Part shown: positions 51,621 to 64,000 of the stretch, in pieces | Position numbering within the stretch: position 1 is the first letter of the stretch | Layout: each line of letters starts with the position of its first letter | Source of the DNA: Octopus sinensis | Taxonomy: Eukaryota | DNA length: 64,000 nucleotides | Reading direction: 5' to 3' | Assembly: GCF_006345805.1 (NCBI RefSeq) | Contig: NC_043015.1 | Coordinates: forward strand, 53,010,001-53,074,000 | The notes under the pieces: model-generated | Told to the model about the DNA's origin: nothing | Seen by the model: the letters and a program-made list of their open reading frames with translations, nothing else | The model's database searches: none | Translations under genes and position numbers: made by a program

Positions 51621-54191
51621 AGAAATAAGAAGGGGCAGTGAATCTGATTTTTGTGTTGTAGTGCTTGACACAAATCTGTCTAAGTTTATTTGGCTGTGAT
51701 AGATGCAATCTGCATCCACCCAATCTCATCGACGGTCAGTGCAGCGTATTAATTGAATCCACACGACAAATATAAACCCATCCGCCTCGATATGTTCGGT
51801 GGAGATAAAGTACAGCATGTATAGACGTGGGTGGTGGTGGTGGCAGAAGGCGGAACAAAACGAATAACATGGTTTTCCGCGAGAACTGCTCTAAACGAAA
51901 ACTAAATGAACGCAGTCTTGGCTGGCGATGCCAGTTAAATAAGAAGACACAGGAAATTTCATTAAACGAAAGCAATCAATTTTCAAATTCTAAGATCGAA
52001 TATAAAATTTGACAGAAAGCCTGAGCGTCCGCTGATCTCTTCGCGTTGAAGTTGATACATTGTCATAAGCAATAAAAGAGACACGTTTTGGGTCAGCACT
52101 TTAAATGTATTCGGTAGAAGGACGGTAAGATGATCAATAGTTATAACTTCGGCTGACCAAAGTCGTAACACGGTCAGCGTTTCATAACAATTCCTGAATT
52201 AAATGGAAACGGTAATTAGAAAGGAGAATTTAATAAACAATAAATAACTTTTCCTATTACAACTATTGTCTGCGCACTTGAAATAGTCTGGCTGGAGATC
52301 AAAATATTTCGTCTTTATTAGAAATATGGAATAGCGAGAATAAGGAAGCAGATAAACCCAGCCAGCATGAGAGACGTAGTCAATTGCCGTCGCCGCCGCC
52401 GCCGCCATCTCCACCGCAACTATCTCCACTATCCTCACCACCACCACCACACCAACTACCATCATCATCATCACAATCCATCAATGATGATGATAATAAT
52501 AATAATAATTGCCGTTGGCGTCGCCATTGTTGTTCATGTTTAGTTCACTTGCAGACGTTACAGTTGTGTTAGAAATTGGTTCTTTATTCTAGCGAAGTTA
52601 GAGTTTGTGCAATTCTTGTTGTAAAAGTTTATATCATTGAATTTATTATTTAAGTCACTGTTTATGGTTCTTTAGTTCTTCACACTTCTCAAAGTAGTCG
52701 CTTCTATAATAGTTCTAAAGATTATTAGGTCTATAATTTCTTGTGATGAGAGTTCAAATATTTCGTATTTCACACATAAAATGGTCTGTAATGTCCAGCT
52801 AGGTAAGTTGAATAGATCTCCGTTATATTAAGGCTGCCTTTTTATGCTGTATGGTCGTCTACATACTTAAAGGTTTAGTGAGAAAACCCAGGGGTCAAGC
52901 CATCGAAATATTTTAACACTAACATAAGTTACCATACATCAAAGGGAGATTCATATAGATATATCAAAATTCTTCAATATTGGTAAAGGAGAGCGGAATG
53001 GGAGAGCGTAATGAGCCTTGCGAATGTGTTTAATGTTCAGAATCCAACTAGTCTGCAACACCGAGAATGGTTTAACTATTATCTTCTAAGACGTTGCTGT
53101 ATCTTACTACAATGACTGAACTTGTTACCGTGTTCGTCTGGTGGTTAGGGTTTTTTTTTTCTTTTGGAGTTACAGTCTCAATCATGGTCGCGGTTTCGAC
53201 TCCCAAACTGAGCGAACGTATTGCGTTCTTGAGGGAAACATTTTATTATTTTTTTTGTTTATTTTTTTATTTATTTATTAAAATTTTTTTTGCCAGTGGC
53301 TTCAGTTCATTCAGCTGAAAATGAGTTCCACCAAAAGCAGGGAGTGTGAGGAATATCCTCATCGCCTCACCACCACCACCATCATTAATATCACCATCAT
53401 CATCAATGCCACCACCACCACCACTACAACCACCACCACCACCACCAAAATCAACATCATCATAATTGGCACCACCACCACCATCAACATCATCATCATC
53501 CAAATGTTATCAACATCAGTGCCACCGCCATCATCACTGTTGTCATCATCATTATCATCATCATCATCATCATCATTACCGTTGTCATTATCATCATCAT
53601 CATCATCTTCATCATCAGCGCCACCATCATCATCACCGATATCCTCCTCCTCCTCATCATCATCATCACCATTGTTGTCATCCTCATCATCATCATCATC
53701 ATCACCGTCCAGGGGAGTATTACGTTCAGCTTTCGTTCGCTTTTATTTCACAGACACTCAGATAATCTTGGGCTTGATGAACCTGTAGATGTTTGAATCG
53801 TACAGACTCACAACAAAGACCTAATCTCCGGCTAAGAAGATTAATCCCCGATTAACCAAAGGTATAAGAACTTTCTATCTCGGAATTTTCCCACGCATAG
53901 TGTATCCAAAGTGTACTCTCCCTTTTAAGACTGAAGGCTCTAATTTGATGGAATTTCATCTGTTATTTCTAGCAGGCCGCGCTACCGTGTAGAAACTCCT
54001 CCAGTGTCTTAAAATATACACGTTATGTATATATATTATTATATGTAATATATATACATATATACATATATATATATTATTAATATAATACATATTGTTA
54101 TGTATTAAAACGTTAAAAGATTTCGCAAACTACCCTTTAATATCAACTTAAACTATACACTCGTTACGCGAGTTAGCACAGTTTTAATGGT

Positions 54192-54586
54192 GGAGGCGCC
54201 AATGGCCGGGTGATTAGGGAGCGGACTCCCGGTGGTGGGATCGCGCTTTCGATTCCCAGACCGGGCGTTGTGATGTTTATTGAGCGGAAACACCTAAAGC
54301 TCCATGAGGCTCCGACAGGGAGTGGTGGCGAACCTTGCTCTACTCTTTCACCACAACTTTCTCTCACACTTTCTTCCTATTACTGTTGTACCTGTATTTC
54401 AAAGGAGCCAGGCCTGTCACACTCTGTGTCACGCTGAATCTCCAACCCACCCCCCACCGAGAAGTACGTTATGGCTGCACGTGTCTGTAGAGTGCTCAGC
54501 CACTTGCGCATTAATTTCACGAGCAGGCTGTTCCGTTGATCGGATCAACTGGAACCCTCGTCGTCGCAACCGACGGAGTGCCACGG
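54192..54586 (+). mobile_element. tRNA-headed SINE family C
   Basis: GGAGGCGCCAATGGCC..TTCGATTCCC head; 3' end GGAACCCTCGTCGTCGCAACCGACGGAGTGCCAC. Confidence 0.85.
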
Positions 54587-55402
54587 CAGTTTTAATATAA
54601 ATTATTTCTATAAATATATTGATGTTTGTTATATGATGCGATATTAATTGTACGATACAGAAAAAAAAAAATCGTACATGAAATTAATAGTGGCGTTCAA
54701 TACATATGAACTACAAGAGTTTGAAATGTGATTGATCAGCCAGTTCCTTTCTAGAGTTATATATGTGTGCGTGTATATGTGTTTATATATAATTAGGAAA
54801 AACTATAAAATAGAATTAGATGATCAATGAAAACATTTCAGACAGTCACACACACACACACACACACATACGTATATACACTAGCGATAGTCAAGTTAAC
54901 AGATAGCAAAATTTGTCGTAATTAACCCACGATATTACCTCAACACACTGCGGTAATTATTCATCGAAGCACATTAATAAATTAATTTCCAAGCAGATAG
55001 CTACGAGAGTTCTCGGTAAAATTGCAGTTTTTAGAGTGTTATGATGTGTTCTGATTAGATTTGTTGTTCGATTTAGTTTCGACTTCTGCAGTCTTATAAC
55101 TTCAACTCGTTTCTTTTGCTCTGCGCTGACAATATGTCATTGATTCCTGCCTGTTATTTGTCAAGAGGTATCATTTTTATATAGAGCATAAATGAAGAAT
55201 TTTCAATGATGAGTTCCAAGCGACTAATTCGAAATTAATTTGACATCGCAACGATGAAAGGTAAAATTGGCCTCACCAAGATCTGGAACCAAAACGTGTA
55301 GAAACATAACAAAAATACTGCATACCACTTTGTCCGTTCTTTTATAAAATTTGCTATTCACTGCGCTTCCGCAATAAAAGGTATTTGAAAAAGATATTTT
55401 GC

Positions 55403-55805
55403 AGGAGTGGCTGTGTGGTAAGTAGCTTGCTTACCAACCACGTAGTTCCGGGTTCAGTCCCACTGTGTGGCACCTTGGGCAAGTGTCTTCTACTATAGCC
55501 TCGGGCCGACCAAAGCCTTGTGAGTGGATTTGGTTGGCGGAAACTGAAAGAATCCTGTCGTATATATGTATATGTGTTTATATGTTTATGTGTCTGTGTT
55601 TGTCCCACCCAACATCGCTTGAAAACCGATGGTGGTGTGTTTACGCCCCCGTCACTTAGCGGTTCGGCAAAAGTGACCGATAGAATAAGTACTAGTCTTA
55701 CAAAGAATAAGTCCTAGGGTCGATGTGCTCGACTAAAGGTGGTGCTCCAGCATGGCCGCAGTCAAATGACTGAAACAAGTAAAAGAGAGTAAAAGAGTAA
55801 AAGAG
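55403..55805 (+). mobile_element. SINE family A, full length and well preserved
   Basis: Complete head, body and repeated AGTAAAAGAG tail. Confidence 0.9.
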
Positions 55806-55829
55806 AATACATAAGGGTTTCTGGCGGAA

Positions 55830-56130
55830 AATAATTCAAATATATAGGGAATTCTCTGTAGCACGGAGATCAGTGAGTCTCTCCAAGTCGAGATGCTATT
55901 TCTTTGCATTGGGAGGTCACAGTTCAGGTACTTACGGAAGCAATGAAAATGTCACAAACAAGAATCGCAGGACGGTTTCCTCAAACTGGGCCAACTGGCA
56001 GGAGATCTAGGGGTGGATCAAGAACGTGATGGTTGGTCACGCTTGGGAATCCATCTGGTTGTTTCTGATTGGAACCTTTGGAGAAACTGCTCGAGGTCTA
56101 TGCCCTCACGACCCTGTGACCTGTGAAAAT
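55830..56130 (+). pseudogene. RTE (Expander/Rex3-like) LINE C-terminal relic
   Basis: PTGRRSR..GWSRLGIH..SDWNLWR..MPSRP resembles GRRPRGRP..AWERLGI..DR..W..LPPRP. Confidence 0.6.
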
Positions 56131-56445
56131 GGATGACTGGAAGAAAACGTTTACTCATAGAAAATACTCGCGAAAATAACAATTCCAAGTATAAATACAG
56201 AAAACTACAGCAAAAGAGTGTCACGCAGAGAGATTGAACACACGACTGTGTGGTTGGAAGGGAAACAAACACACACATACACATACACGCACGCACACAG
56301 GCGCGCGCACACACACACACAACGAGCATCTTTCAGTTGTCGTCCACCAAATTCACCCACAAAGCATCAATCGGCCCAAGACTAATGCCTCTCCCAAGGT
56401 GCTACGCAGTGAGATTGAACCAAGGACTGTGTGCCTGGAAAGGAA

Positions 56446-56489
<44 letters not shown>

Positions 56490-57071
56490 GAATTATCCCA
56501 GCATAATCCCTCCATATCCGCTTCTGATTTCCCTGTTTTCTTTCTCCTGCTTATTATATTTATACTAACATCTGTATAACTATTTCATGAATGCTTTGAT
56601 GCAATTAACCACCCGTCCATCTTTTATTTAAATGGAATCTATACAATATAAACAGAGAAAAAAGCGACTTTGGGATTGTCAAAACTGTTGCGGCCCACTC
56701 ATATACGCGAGCAGAATAAAAGAGGAGATTTCGTTAATTTTTTTATTGCTATAACATCATAAATTACATAAAAAAAGAGTTATTTGTGATGTTATAATAA
56801 CGAAAAGAGAAACTAAACCCCTGGTTTTATTCTGCTCTCAGATATCTATATTTGAATAATCTTCAGAGTGTGTAATGCCAAAAGGAAAATAGAAAAACAA
56901 ATTCTACTTAATACTTGATTAGAATTTGGATATATATATGTAATTTTAAGTATTAGTTTATCATTATGCTATCTCAGTCAAAATAGCAATCTCTCTCTCT
57001 CGCTCTCCCCATCTCTCTCTTTCTCTAAATATAGTATTATTGGACGGTCAGGAAGGAAGGGAAGAAGGAGG

Positions 57072-57106
57072 GTTTTACGTTTCGAGCGGAACTCTTCGTC
57101 AGAAAC
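57072..57106 (-). ncRNA. Intact minimal type I hammerhead ribozyme motif
   Basis: GTTT CTGACGA A GAG TTCCG CTC GAAA CG TA AAAC: stem I GTTT/AAAC, stem II GAG/CTC, palindromic ACGT stem III, GUA cleavage triplet. Confidence 0.8.
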
Positions 57107-57202
57107 ATAGGAGAAGGAAAGATCCAGAGAAGGGAGCAGAGGAAAAAAAATCGCCAACGGTATACACGCGGTTATATACCTATATAGGCATATATAATAT
57201 AT

Positions 57203-57234
<32 letters not shown>

Positions 57235-57344
57235 ATATATATATACATACCTATATATATATTATATATACATATATATATATAATAATATATATATATA
57301 TATATTATATATATATATAATATATATTACATACCTATATATAT

Positions 57345-57380
<36 letters not shown>

Positions 57381-58005
57381 GGTATATAAATATATAGATA
57401 AATATATATATGTATGTATATATATATTTGATACTTCTCTTTCCATTCCATCTCGCTGCTTTGCAGCTTATATTCCCTAGATGCAATTTTGTAGCTAAAG
57501 GCTAAATATGCTGGCCCACCCCTCCACTTCATTAGCCACCTTTCAATTTCAGGATACGTTTACCAAAATGATGCGGTTTGAAAATTGTGTGCACCAATTC
57601 CATATGAAATTTAAATGCTCCAATTCTATATGAAATGTTGAAAAAATTTTGGCACAAAGCCACTAATTTTGGCGGGTGGGGATTAGTTGATGTCATCGAC
57701 CCCAGTACTCGACTGTTACTTTAATTTATCGACCCTGAAGGGATAAAAGGGCAAAGTCGACCTCGGTCATATCTGGGCTCACAACGTCAAAAGCCGGAAG
57801 AAATGCCACTCAGCTTTTACTCCGGCGCTCTACCTATTTTAAATAGATCGCCGCTTTAATAATAATGACTTACGCTAGCTTAATATTACTGCTACTACAG
57901 TTGATAATAATTATGAATAAATAAAATGAAAATAAACAAAGCTTCATCACGATTGTGTTTGAATTTATATCATCATCATCATCATCATCATCACCATCAT
58001 CATCA

Positions 58006-58066
<61 letters not shown>

Positions 58067-58154
58067 GATTGACCTGCTGACATTTCTCGGTAGTCATTTT
58101 CTATTATTGCGAATAATTGATGAAATTTAGGTAATTCAACATTAGGTCAATCTC

Positions 58155-58200
<46 letters not shown>

Positions 58201-58271
58201 CATATAAATAGAAAATTAAGTTAAAAATATCAAGATGATAATTTACATTTCTATATAAGCAAACTAATATG

Positions 58272-58309
<38 letters not shown>

Positions 58310-58385
58310 TTGAGTTTATAAACATACATTGTGTCATGTATATATATAAAATGATGCACAGAAAAATGTTCGCGTGCATACACGC

Positions 58386-58426
<41 letters not shown>

Positions 58427-58687
58427 CATATATGCAAGCACACTGGCACACACTAGCATATATACATGCAACCATGCATGCATGAATGTATATATGTATA
58501 TATGCCTGCATGCTTTCGTACACACACACACACACACAAACGATTATATAGATAGATGGCTAAATTCGTATATAATTATATTCACACAGATACTTACGCA
58601 CAGGCAGCTATACGTATAATTACTGATTTAAACATACATACCTACATCTGTACTAACTTACATACATACAAACGCACGCACATTCAA

Positions 58688-58720
<33 letters not shown>

Positions 58721-59000
58721 AATAAAGTAATTATGCATACACCCACACACGTATGTATATATATATATATATATAGGTATGTAAATATATATATATGTAC
58801 CTAAGTGCACATACATACATGACGACCATACAATCCACTTGCGTACTTACAGACACGTATATATATATTCTATACATATGTCTCTCTCTCTCACTCTCTC
58901 TATATATATATATGTATATGTGTGTGTGTGTATATATATGCGAATATATATGTATATATATATGTGTGTGTGTATATATACATATATACATACACACATA

Positions 59001-59057
<57 letters not shown>

Positions 59058-59473
59058 ATATATATATATATATATATTATATATCATTATATATATATAT
59101 ATATATATACACATATATCATGGAATTACTAAGCGATATATCTCCAAAACATATTTTTACAATTAGATGTGATTGCTAGGTTAATTGATTTGCTTCTCAT
59201 TTTATTTTATGAATTCCATTCTCAAATGTATAACCAGCCATTAATTTTTAATTACTGTTTTTAAATTAGTCAAATCTCACCGGTACATATGATATATATA
59301 CTATATAATATGTTCTATACATATACATACATACATACATACATATATATATATATATTATATATATATAATATATATATAATATATTATACTATATATG
59401 TATGTATGTCTATATATATATATATGATATATATATAGTATGATATATATGTATGTATGTATGTATGTATGTC

Positions 59474-59516
<43 letters not shown>

Positions 59517-59523
59517 GGCCTAT

Positions 59524-59555
<32 letters not shown>

Positions 59556-59809
59556 GTATATGAGTTTCTTTCTGTATATATAACGTATATGGATATCTAT
59601 ATGTCTGTGTGCGTGGTGTGGGTGTGTGTATGGAAGGATGAACGGGTGGGTGTATGTTTGTATAGAAATATTTGTCGTTTCACACTGGTGTGATTCGCAA
59701 TTAAGTGAAAAAAAAAAGAAATATTCAATAATGTTATTGAAAATAAAAATAATATTATTGAAAATTTCATGTGAATCGCACGCACGCACGCAGTCTTTTC
59801 ACATACACG

Positions 59810-59899
<90 letters not shown>

Positions 59900-59904
<5 letters not shown>

Positions 59905-60210
59905 TTTTTCTATTTGTTTCAGTCATTTCACTGCGACCATGCTGGAGCCACCGCTTTTAGTCGAAAAAAATCGGCCCCAGAACTTATTCTGTGTAAGCCT
60001 ACTACGTATTCTGTCGGACCTTTTTGCCGAACCGCTAAGTTACGGGGACGTAAACACACCAGCATCGATTGTCAAGCGATAGTGGTGAAACATACACACA
60101 CACAAACATACATATACGACGGGCTTGTTTCAGTTTCCGTCTACCAAATCCACTTACAAGGCTTTGGTTGGCCCGAGGCAATAGTAGAAGACACTTGCCC
60201 AAGGTGCCAG
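59900..60210 (-). mobile_element. SINE family A, 5'-truncated
   Basis: Tail and body on the minus strand, ending at CCCAAGGTGCC. Confidence 0.8.
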
Positions 60211-60232
60211 TATATATATACTATTTAATATA

Positions 60233-60551
60233 CACAGTATATAGTTATGAACTACTAACAGTTTCATAACTTGGAAATATGTTTTTAGCTTTAATCGCAT
60301 GCCTAGTGTCTCCAAGCGATCTTCAGGCCTTTCGCGCATGATTCCCGGTGAGAAATATATATTTTTTAATGTACACAGAAAATATCAATAGTTATGCGCT
60401 ACAAATAGTTTCATGCATTCGAGATGTAACTTGCAAAGGCCATGTGCGCAGAACCTGAAAATTGTTGGGAAGCACTAAACGCGTTATAGACACCTGCGTA
60501 GAAAATATCTCCACTGTATGAAACTATTAGTCGCTCATAATATATACTGTG
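60233..60551. mobile_element. Tc1/mariner-type MITE
   Basis: ~35-bp imperfect TIRs CACAGTATATA.TTATGA.C.ACTAA.AGTTTCATA; TA on both flanks. Confidence 0.7.
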
Positions 60552-60587
60552 TACACTAAACAATATGTATCTCTCATCGGATGGAGT

Positions 60588-60990
60588 AGGGTGCGATGGA
60601 TAAATTATCACCATTTCATATTTTTAATTTCGCGCATTCACATTGTTTGTTTTTGATTTTGTCGACTACTGATGATAGTAGGTTCTGTTTGGGCCCTTTC
60701 TATGAGAAAAACAACATCATGACACAATTGACTCTGCCAGAAATCTGGAAACGACATGCTGTACTGCTTGGCATTCACTCTGGAAGCTCCAATACGAATA
60801 TTTCAGAGTGTTTGGGTGTCGATCTGAGGGCAGCGCATGTATCGAGAGGGATAAAAATCAAACATTCAGTCAACATCATTGTGTTTGGAGTGGTCACTAG
60901 TGATAGCGATATTATGCCTCCATTCTTCTTCTCACACTGCCTCAAACTCAGCACGGAGGCTTAGATCAAGTGGCTGGGGGTAGAAATGTC
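60588..60990 (+). pseudogene. Internally deleted DD37D/maT-like transposon 5' part
   Basis: MTQLTLPEIWKRHAVLLGI (N-terminus) fused to KHSVNIIVFGVVTSDSDIMPPFFF..LSTEA, homologous to the 8700-9215 fragment. Confidence 0.7.
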
Positions 60991-61105
60991 CAAGATCCTG
61001 GATGATTCGACATGGCGAAGGACCGATGTGTGGATGCCTTCGGGATCGGTATGGTGGAAAATCCGAAACTTGTATTTTTTCTTTTAGAAGCAACTCACAA
61101 AAAAG

Positions 61106-61513
61106 TTAGCACGCCTCCCCAATCACGAAGCGTCTGCCATAACAAAAACTTTCGGAGTCCGAATAATGCCAGCCAGAATTAACTATTGAGGACTCATCGG
61201 GTGACGCTGAAGAGGAGGTGGTTGACGTAGATAGACGCGACGACAAACGCGACGTGAACCGTAAATTCAACGAAGTTGGCGTACATGGACATGATGAGCC
61301 TGGTGTGGACGTTGGCGTAGCTGGATTTGCCGTTGAACGTGAAACTGATGCAGCTGGACACGAAGACCAATGCAACGACCGTATATACAACGAAACTGGT
61401 GTAGCTGGAAGCGACTGTACATTCCGTGAAGGACCAGAAGAATTTGTTGAACGTCTACGAATTTGAGAGGAAGTCACAGTGAAAATGGTGGTGTAACCGT
61501 TACTTTTATACTA
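61106..61513 (-). other. Ser/Thr/Pro-rich open frame of uncertain nature (transposon N-terminus or host exon)
   Basis: 136 codons open on minus, ~100 codons open on plus; no recognisable domain; no clear splice sites. Confidence 0.25.
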
Positions 61514-61687
61514 TTATGGTGATGAACTGTTGAACTGAGTTAGAAATATTTACATGAAGCGTCTAACAAACCTTGAAATTTGCACGGCGGCCTCTGTTAT
61601 CGATTCCGTGAGTGATAAAGGATATATATATCAAACGGTACACAAACAGCTACAAAACCACAGCAGATAGGACTGCATATATTTTCG

Positions 61688-61935
61688 ATCGACCCCGAAA
61701 GGAAGATAGGTAAAGTCGACCTCGGCGGAATTTGAACTCAGAACGTAGCGTAGCCGTATTTCGTCTGCCGTTACGTTCTGAGTTCAAATTCCGCCGAGGT
61801 CGACTTTACCTTTCATCCTTGCGGGGTCGAGAAATTAGGTACCAGTTACGCACTGGGGTCGATGTAATCGACTCAATCCGTTTGTCTGTCCTTATTTGTC
61901 TCCTGTTTTTAGCCCCTTGTGGGTGGTAAAGAAAT
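61688..61935. mobile_element. SINE B copy with 5' inversion and ~11-bp TSD
   Basis: 61688-61747 inverted relative to ~61773-61830; ATATATTTTCG at 61677-61687 and 61936-61946. Confidence 0.75.
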
Positions 61936-62379
61936 ATATATTTTCGTCATCTGATTCAAAGCGAGTACACGGCGCCCGTAAATTGACGTCAACCGACGTC
62001 ATAGGGTTAATTTGTTTTGCGTGGCCGATGTAAAATAGGGATCTTGTTAAATTTCTCGCAACCTCTTGAAGTATTTCAAATTTTCACTTGATTATTTTCA
62101 ATACTATGTAGGTTTGCATACTGATGACAAAAACCACATTCAATTTTTTCTAGAAATTGATAATAAAATAGTTACATCAGTGTAAAATATTTGGAAAAAT
62201 TTGAAAATTTGAAATCCTTGAAGTGGTTGGAAGAAATCTAACACGACCCTAAAATAATAATCACCATAAAAATGTAGTGTACCTTCTGTGGTCAGCTATC
62301 ATAGGTAAGACAATCCTTACTTGATTAAATTAATTTTGAATTTCACCTAAAAGAGTAAAGAAGCAGGTGTACAGAACAA

Positions 62380-62812
62380 TTACCTTTAATATTTCTTATT
62401 TCTTTATTGCCCACAAGGGGCTAAACATAGATGGGACAAATAAGGACAGACAAATGGATTAAGTCGATTACATCGACCCAGTGCGTAACTGATACTTAAT
62501 CTATCGACCCCGAACGGATGAAAGGCAAAGTCGACCTCGGCGGAATTTGAACTCAGAACGTAACGGCAGACAAAATACATATTTCATTACTACCCACAAG
62601 GGGCTAAACACAGAGGGGACAAACAAGGATAGACAAATGGATTAAGCCGATTACATCGATCCCAGTGCGTAACTGGTACTTAATTTATCGACCCCGAAAG
62701 GATGAAAGGCAAAGTCGACCTTGGCGGAATTTGAACTCAGAACGTAACGGCAGACGAAATACGGCTACGCATTTCGCCCGGCTTGCTAACGTTTCTGCCA
62801 GCTCGCCGCCTT
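62380..62812 (-). mobile_element. SINE family B, head plus two modules
   Basis: Ends in CCAGCTCGCCGCCTT, the reverse complement of the head. Confidence 0.85.
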
Positions 62813-63668
62813 AATATTTCTGCTTTCTGTAAGGTGATGAAATGGCAGAATCGTTAACTTGCCGGAACAGAAAAGAAGGAGGCCCAGGGTTAGATCAAAG
62901 ATGAAATGATCAGATGATATCCATAGTTCCAATTGGTCACACTTGAGACTTCATTCGGAAAATATAACGTCAGACTCAATAGGGCTCTGCCCTGTGGACT
63001 CTACTCTCACGACACTCCAAAGAATAGTGGCCAGAGAAAATTGATGGATGGATGGTTACATTAAATAGTGTAGTGCACGGTACGCGATGCTTTAAAAAAT
63101 GCACTTGAATTATCATGGCTGGACTGAATATCTGTAATTAGCTGTATTCTCGATGAGTTGATAAACATTTCTGGTCATATTCATTCATCTTGTTCCTTAG
63201 AATGCACAGAGCAAGAAACTGGGACTAGCTATGAAGCGATCTGCTTCGTAAACAGCTGGTTTCGATTTCAGGCCGCTGTAGATCACCTTGGGCCATTGTC
63301 TTTTCCTAGAGACCAAAACCTGACCAAAGCTTTCTGAATGAATTAGGTAGACGCAAACGCTGTTGACACACGTCCTTATGTAGAAATCGATGTGTTCGTC
63401 ACATATGGCAACAGTGATTACATGCATTTGCATTTGCCGTGTTAGTATTTTATCTGTCATTGAGGGATTTGAAAGAAATAAAACCCTTTTAATTGGTTTG
63501 AAAAGAGTAATATGCAGACAATTAAGTGTCCTCAAATACCCCTCGCACTTTCGATATCAACCTCGTCACTTACTATCTGTCTGTTTAACTGCTTCTCACA
63601 CATACTCTGTCCTCTCGCAGGCACTCGCGCTCTCGCTCGCACACACACATACACATTCACACACACAC

Positions 63669-63711
<43 letters not shown>

Positions 63712-63915
63712 GCACATGCACACATTCCCACACACACTCTCTCTCTCTCTTTCTCATTCACGTATATGAATCACTGAGTTACTCCGATTGCCATAAAGCA
63801 AGATCCGCATTAAATATTATTGAAGGCAAAAGAAAAAATTCCAAATCACAATATGTAAATATACTAATTTGATGCTGACAACAACAACAACAACAACAAC
63901 AATAATAATAATAAC

Positions 63916-63958
<43 letters not shown>

Positions 63959-64000
63959 GACAACATCAACTACAGCTACTGCAGCAATTTCAATGGCAAC

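Noticed and set aside
53321-53788. Poly-Thr/Ser/His ORFs (also 33914-34217 and 47711-47932)
   Set aside because: Trinucleotide repeat fields open in several frames on both strands.

Overview
Eukaryotic, AT-rich, repeat-saturated window with no supportable intact protein-coding gene. The repeat repertoire (very long (TA)n/(CA)n/(CATA)n tracts, several tRNA-headed SINE families, RTE LINE remnants) looks like a cephalopod, probably Octopus, intron or intergenic region; this assignment is from recall, not a search. Nearly all ORFs in the track are microsatellite read-throughs or transposon relics: RTE reverse transcriptase, mariner, DD37D-like and Tc1 transposases, and a Penelope-like GIY-YIG fragment. 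Elements with clean ends include a hAT MITE (8-bp TSD), a Tc1 deletion derivative (40-bp TIRs), TA-flanked MITEs and a non-autonomous Helitron. The most interesting signal is a set of minimal hammerhead-ribozyme motifs and fold-back elements of probable Penelope-like origin. These are: a ~510-bp head-to-head palindrome whose two arms each join a tRNA-like Pol III head to a hammerhead tail (46431-46944); an intact minimal hammerhead (57072-57106); several decayed hammerheads; a perfect 256-bp spacerless palindrome (16643-16898); and a fold-back family, one copy of which has captured neighbouring sequence (39981-40348). Coordinates and folds were read by eye; repeat boundaries are approximate.
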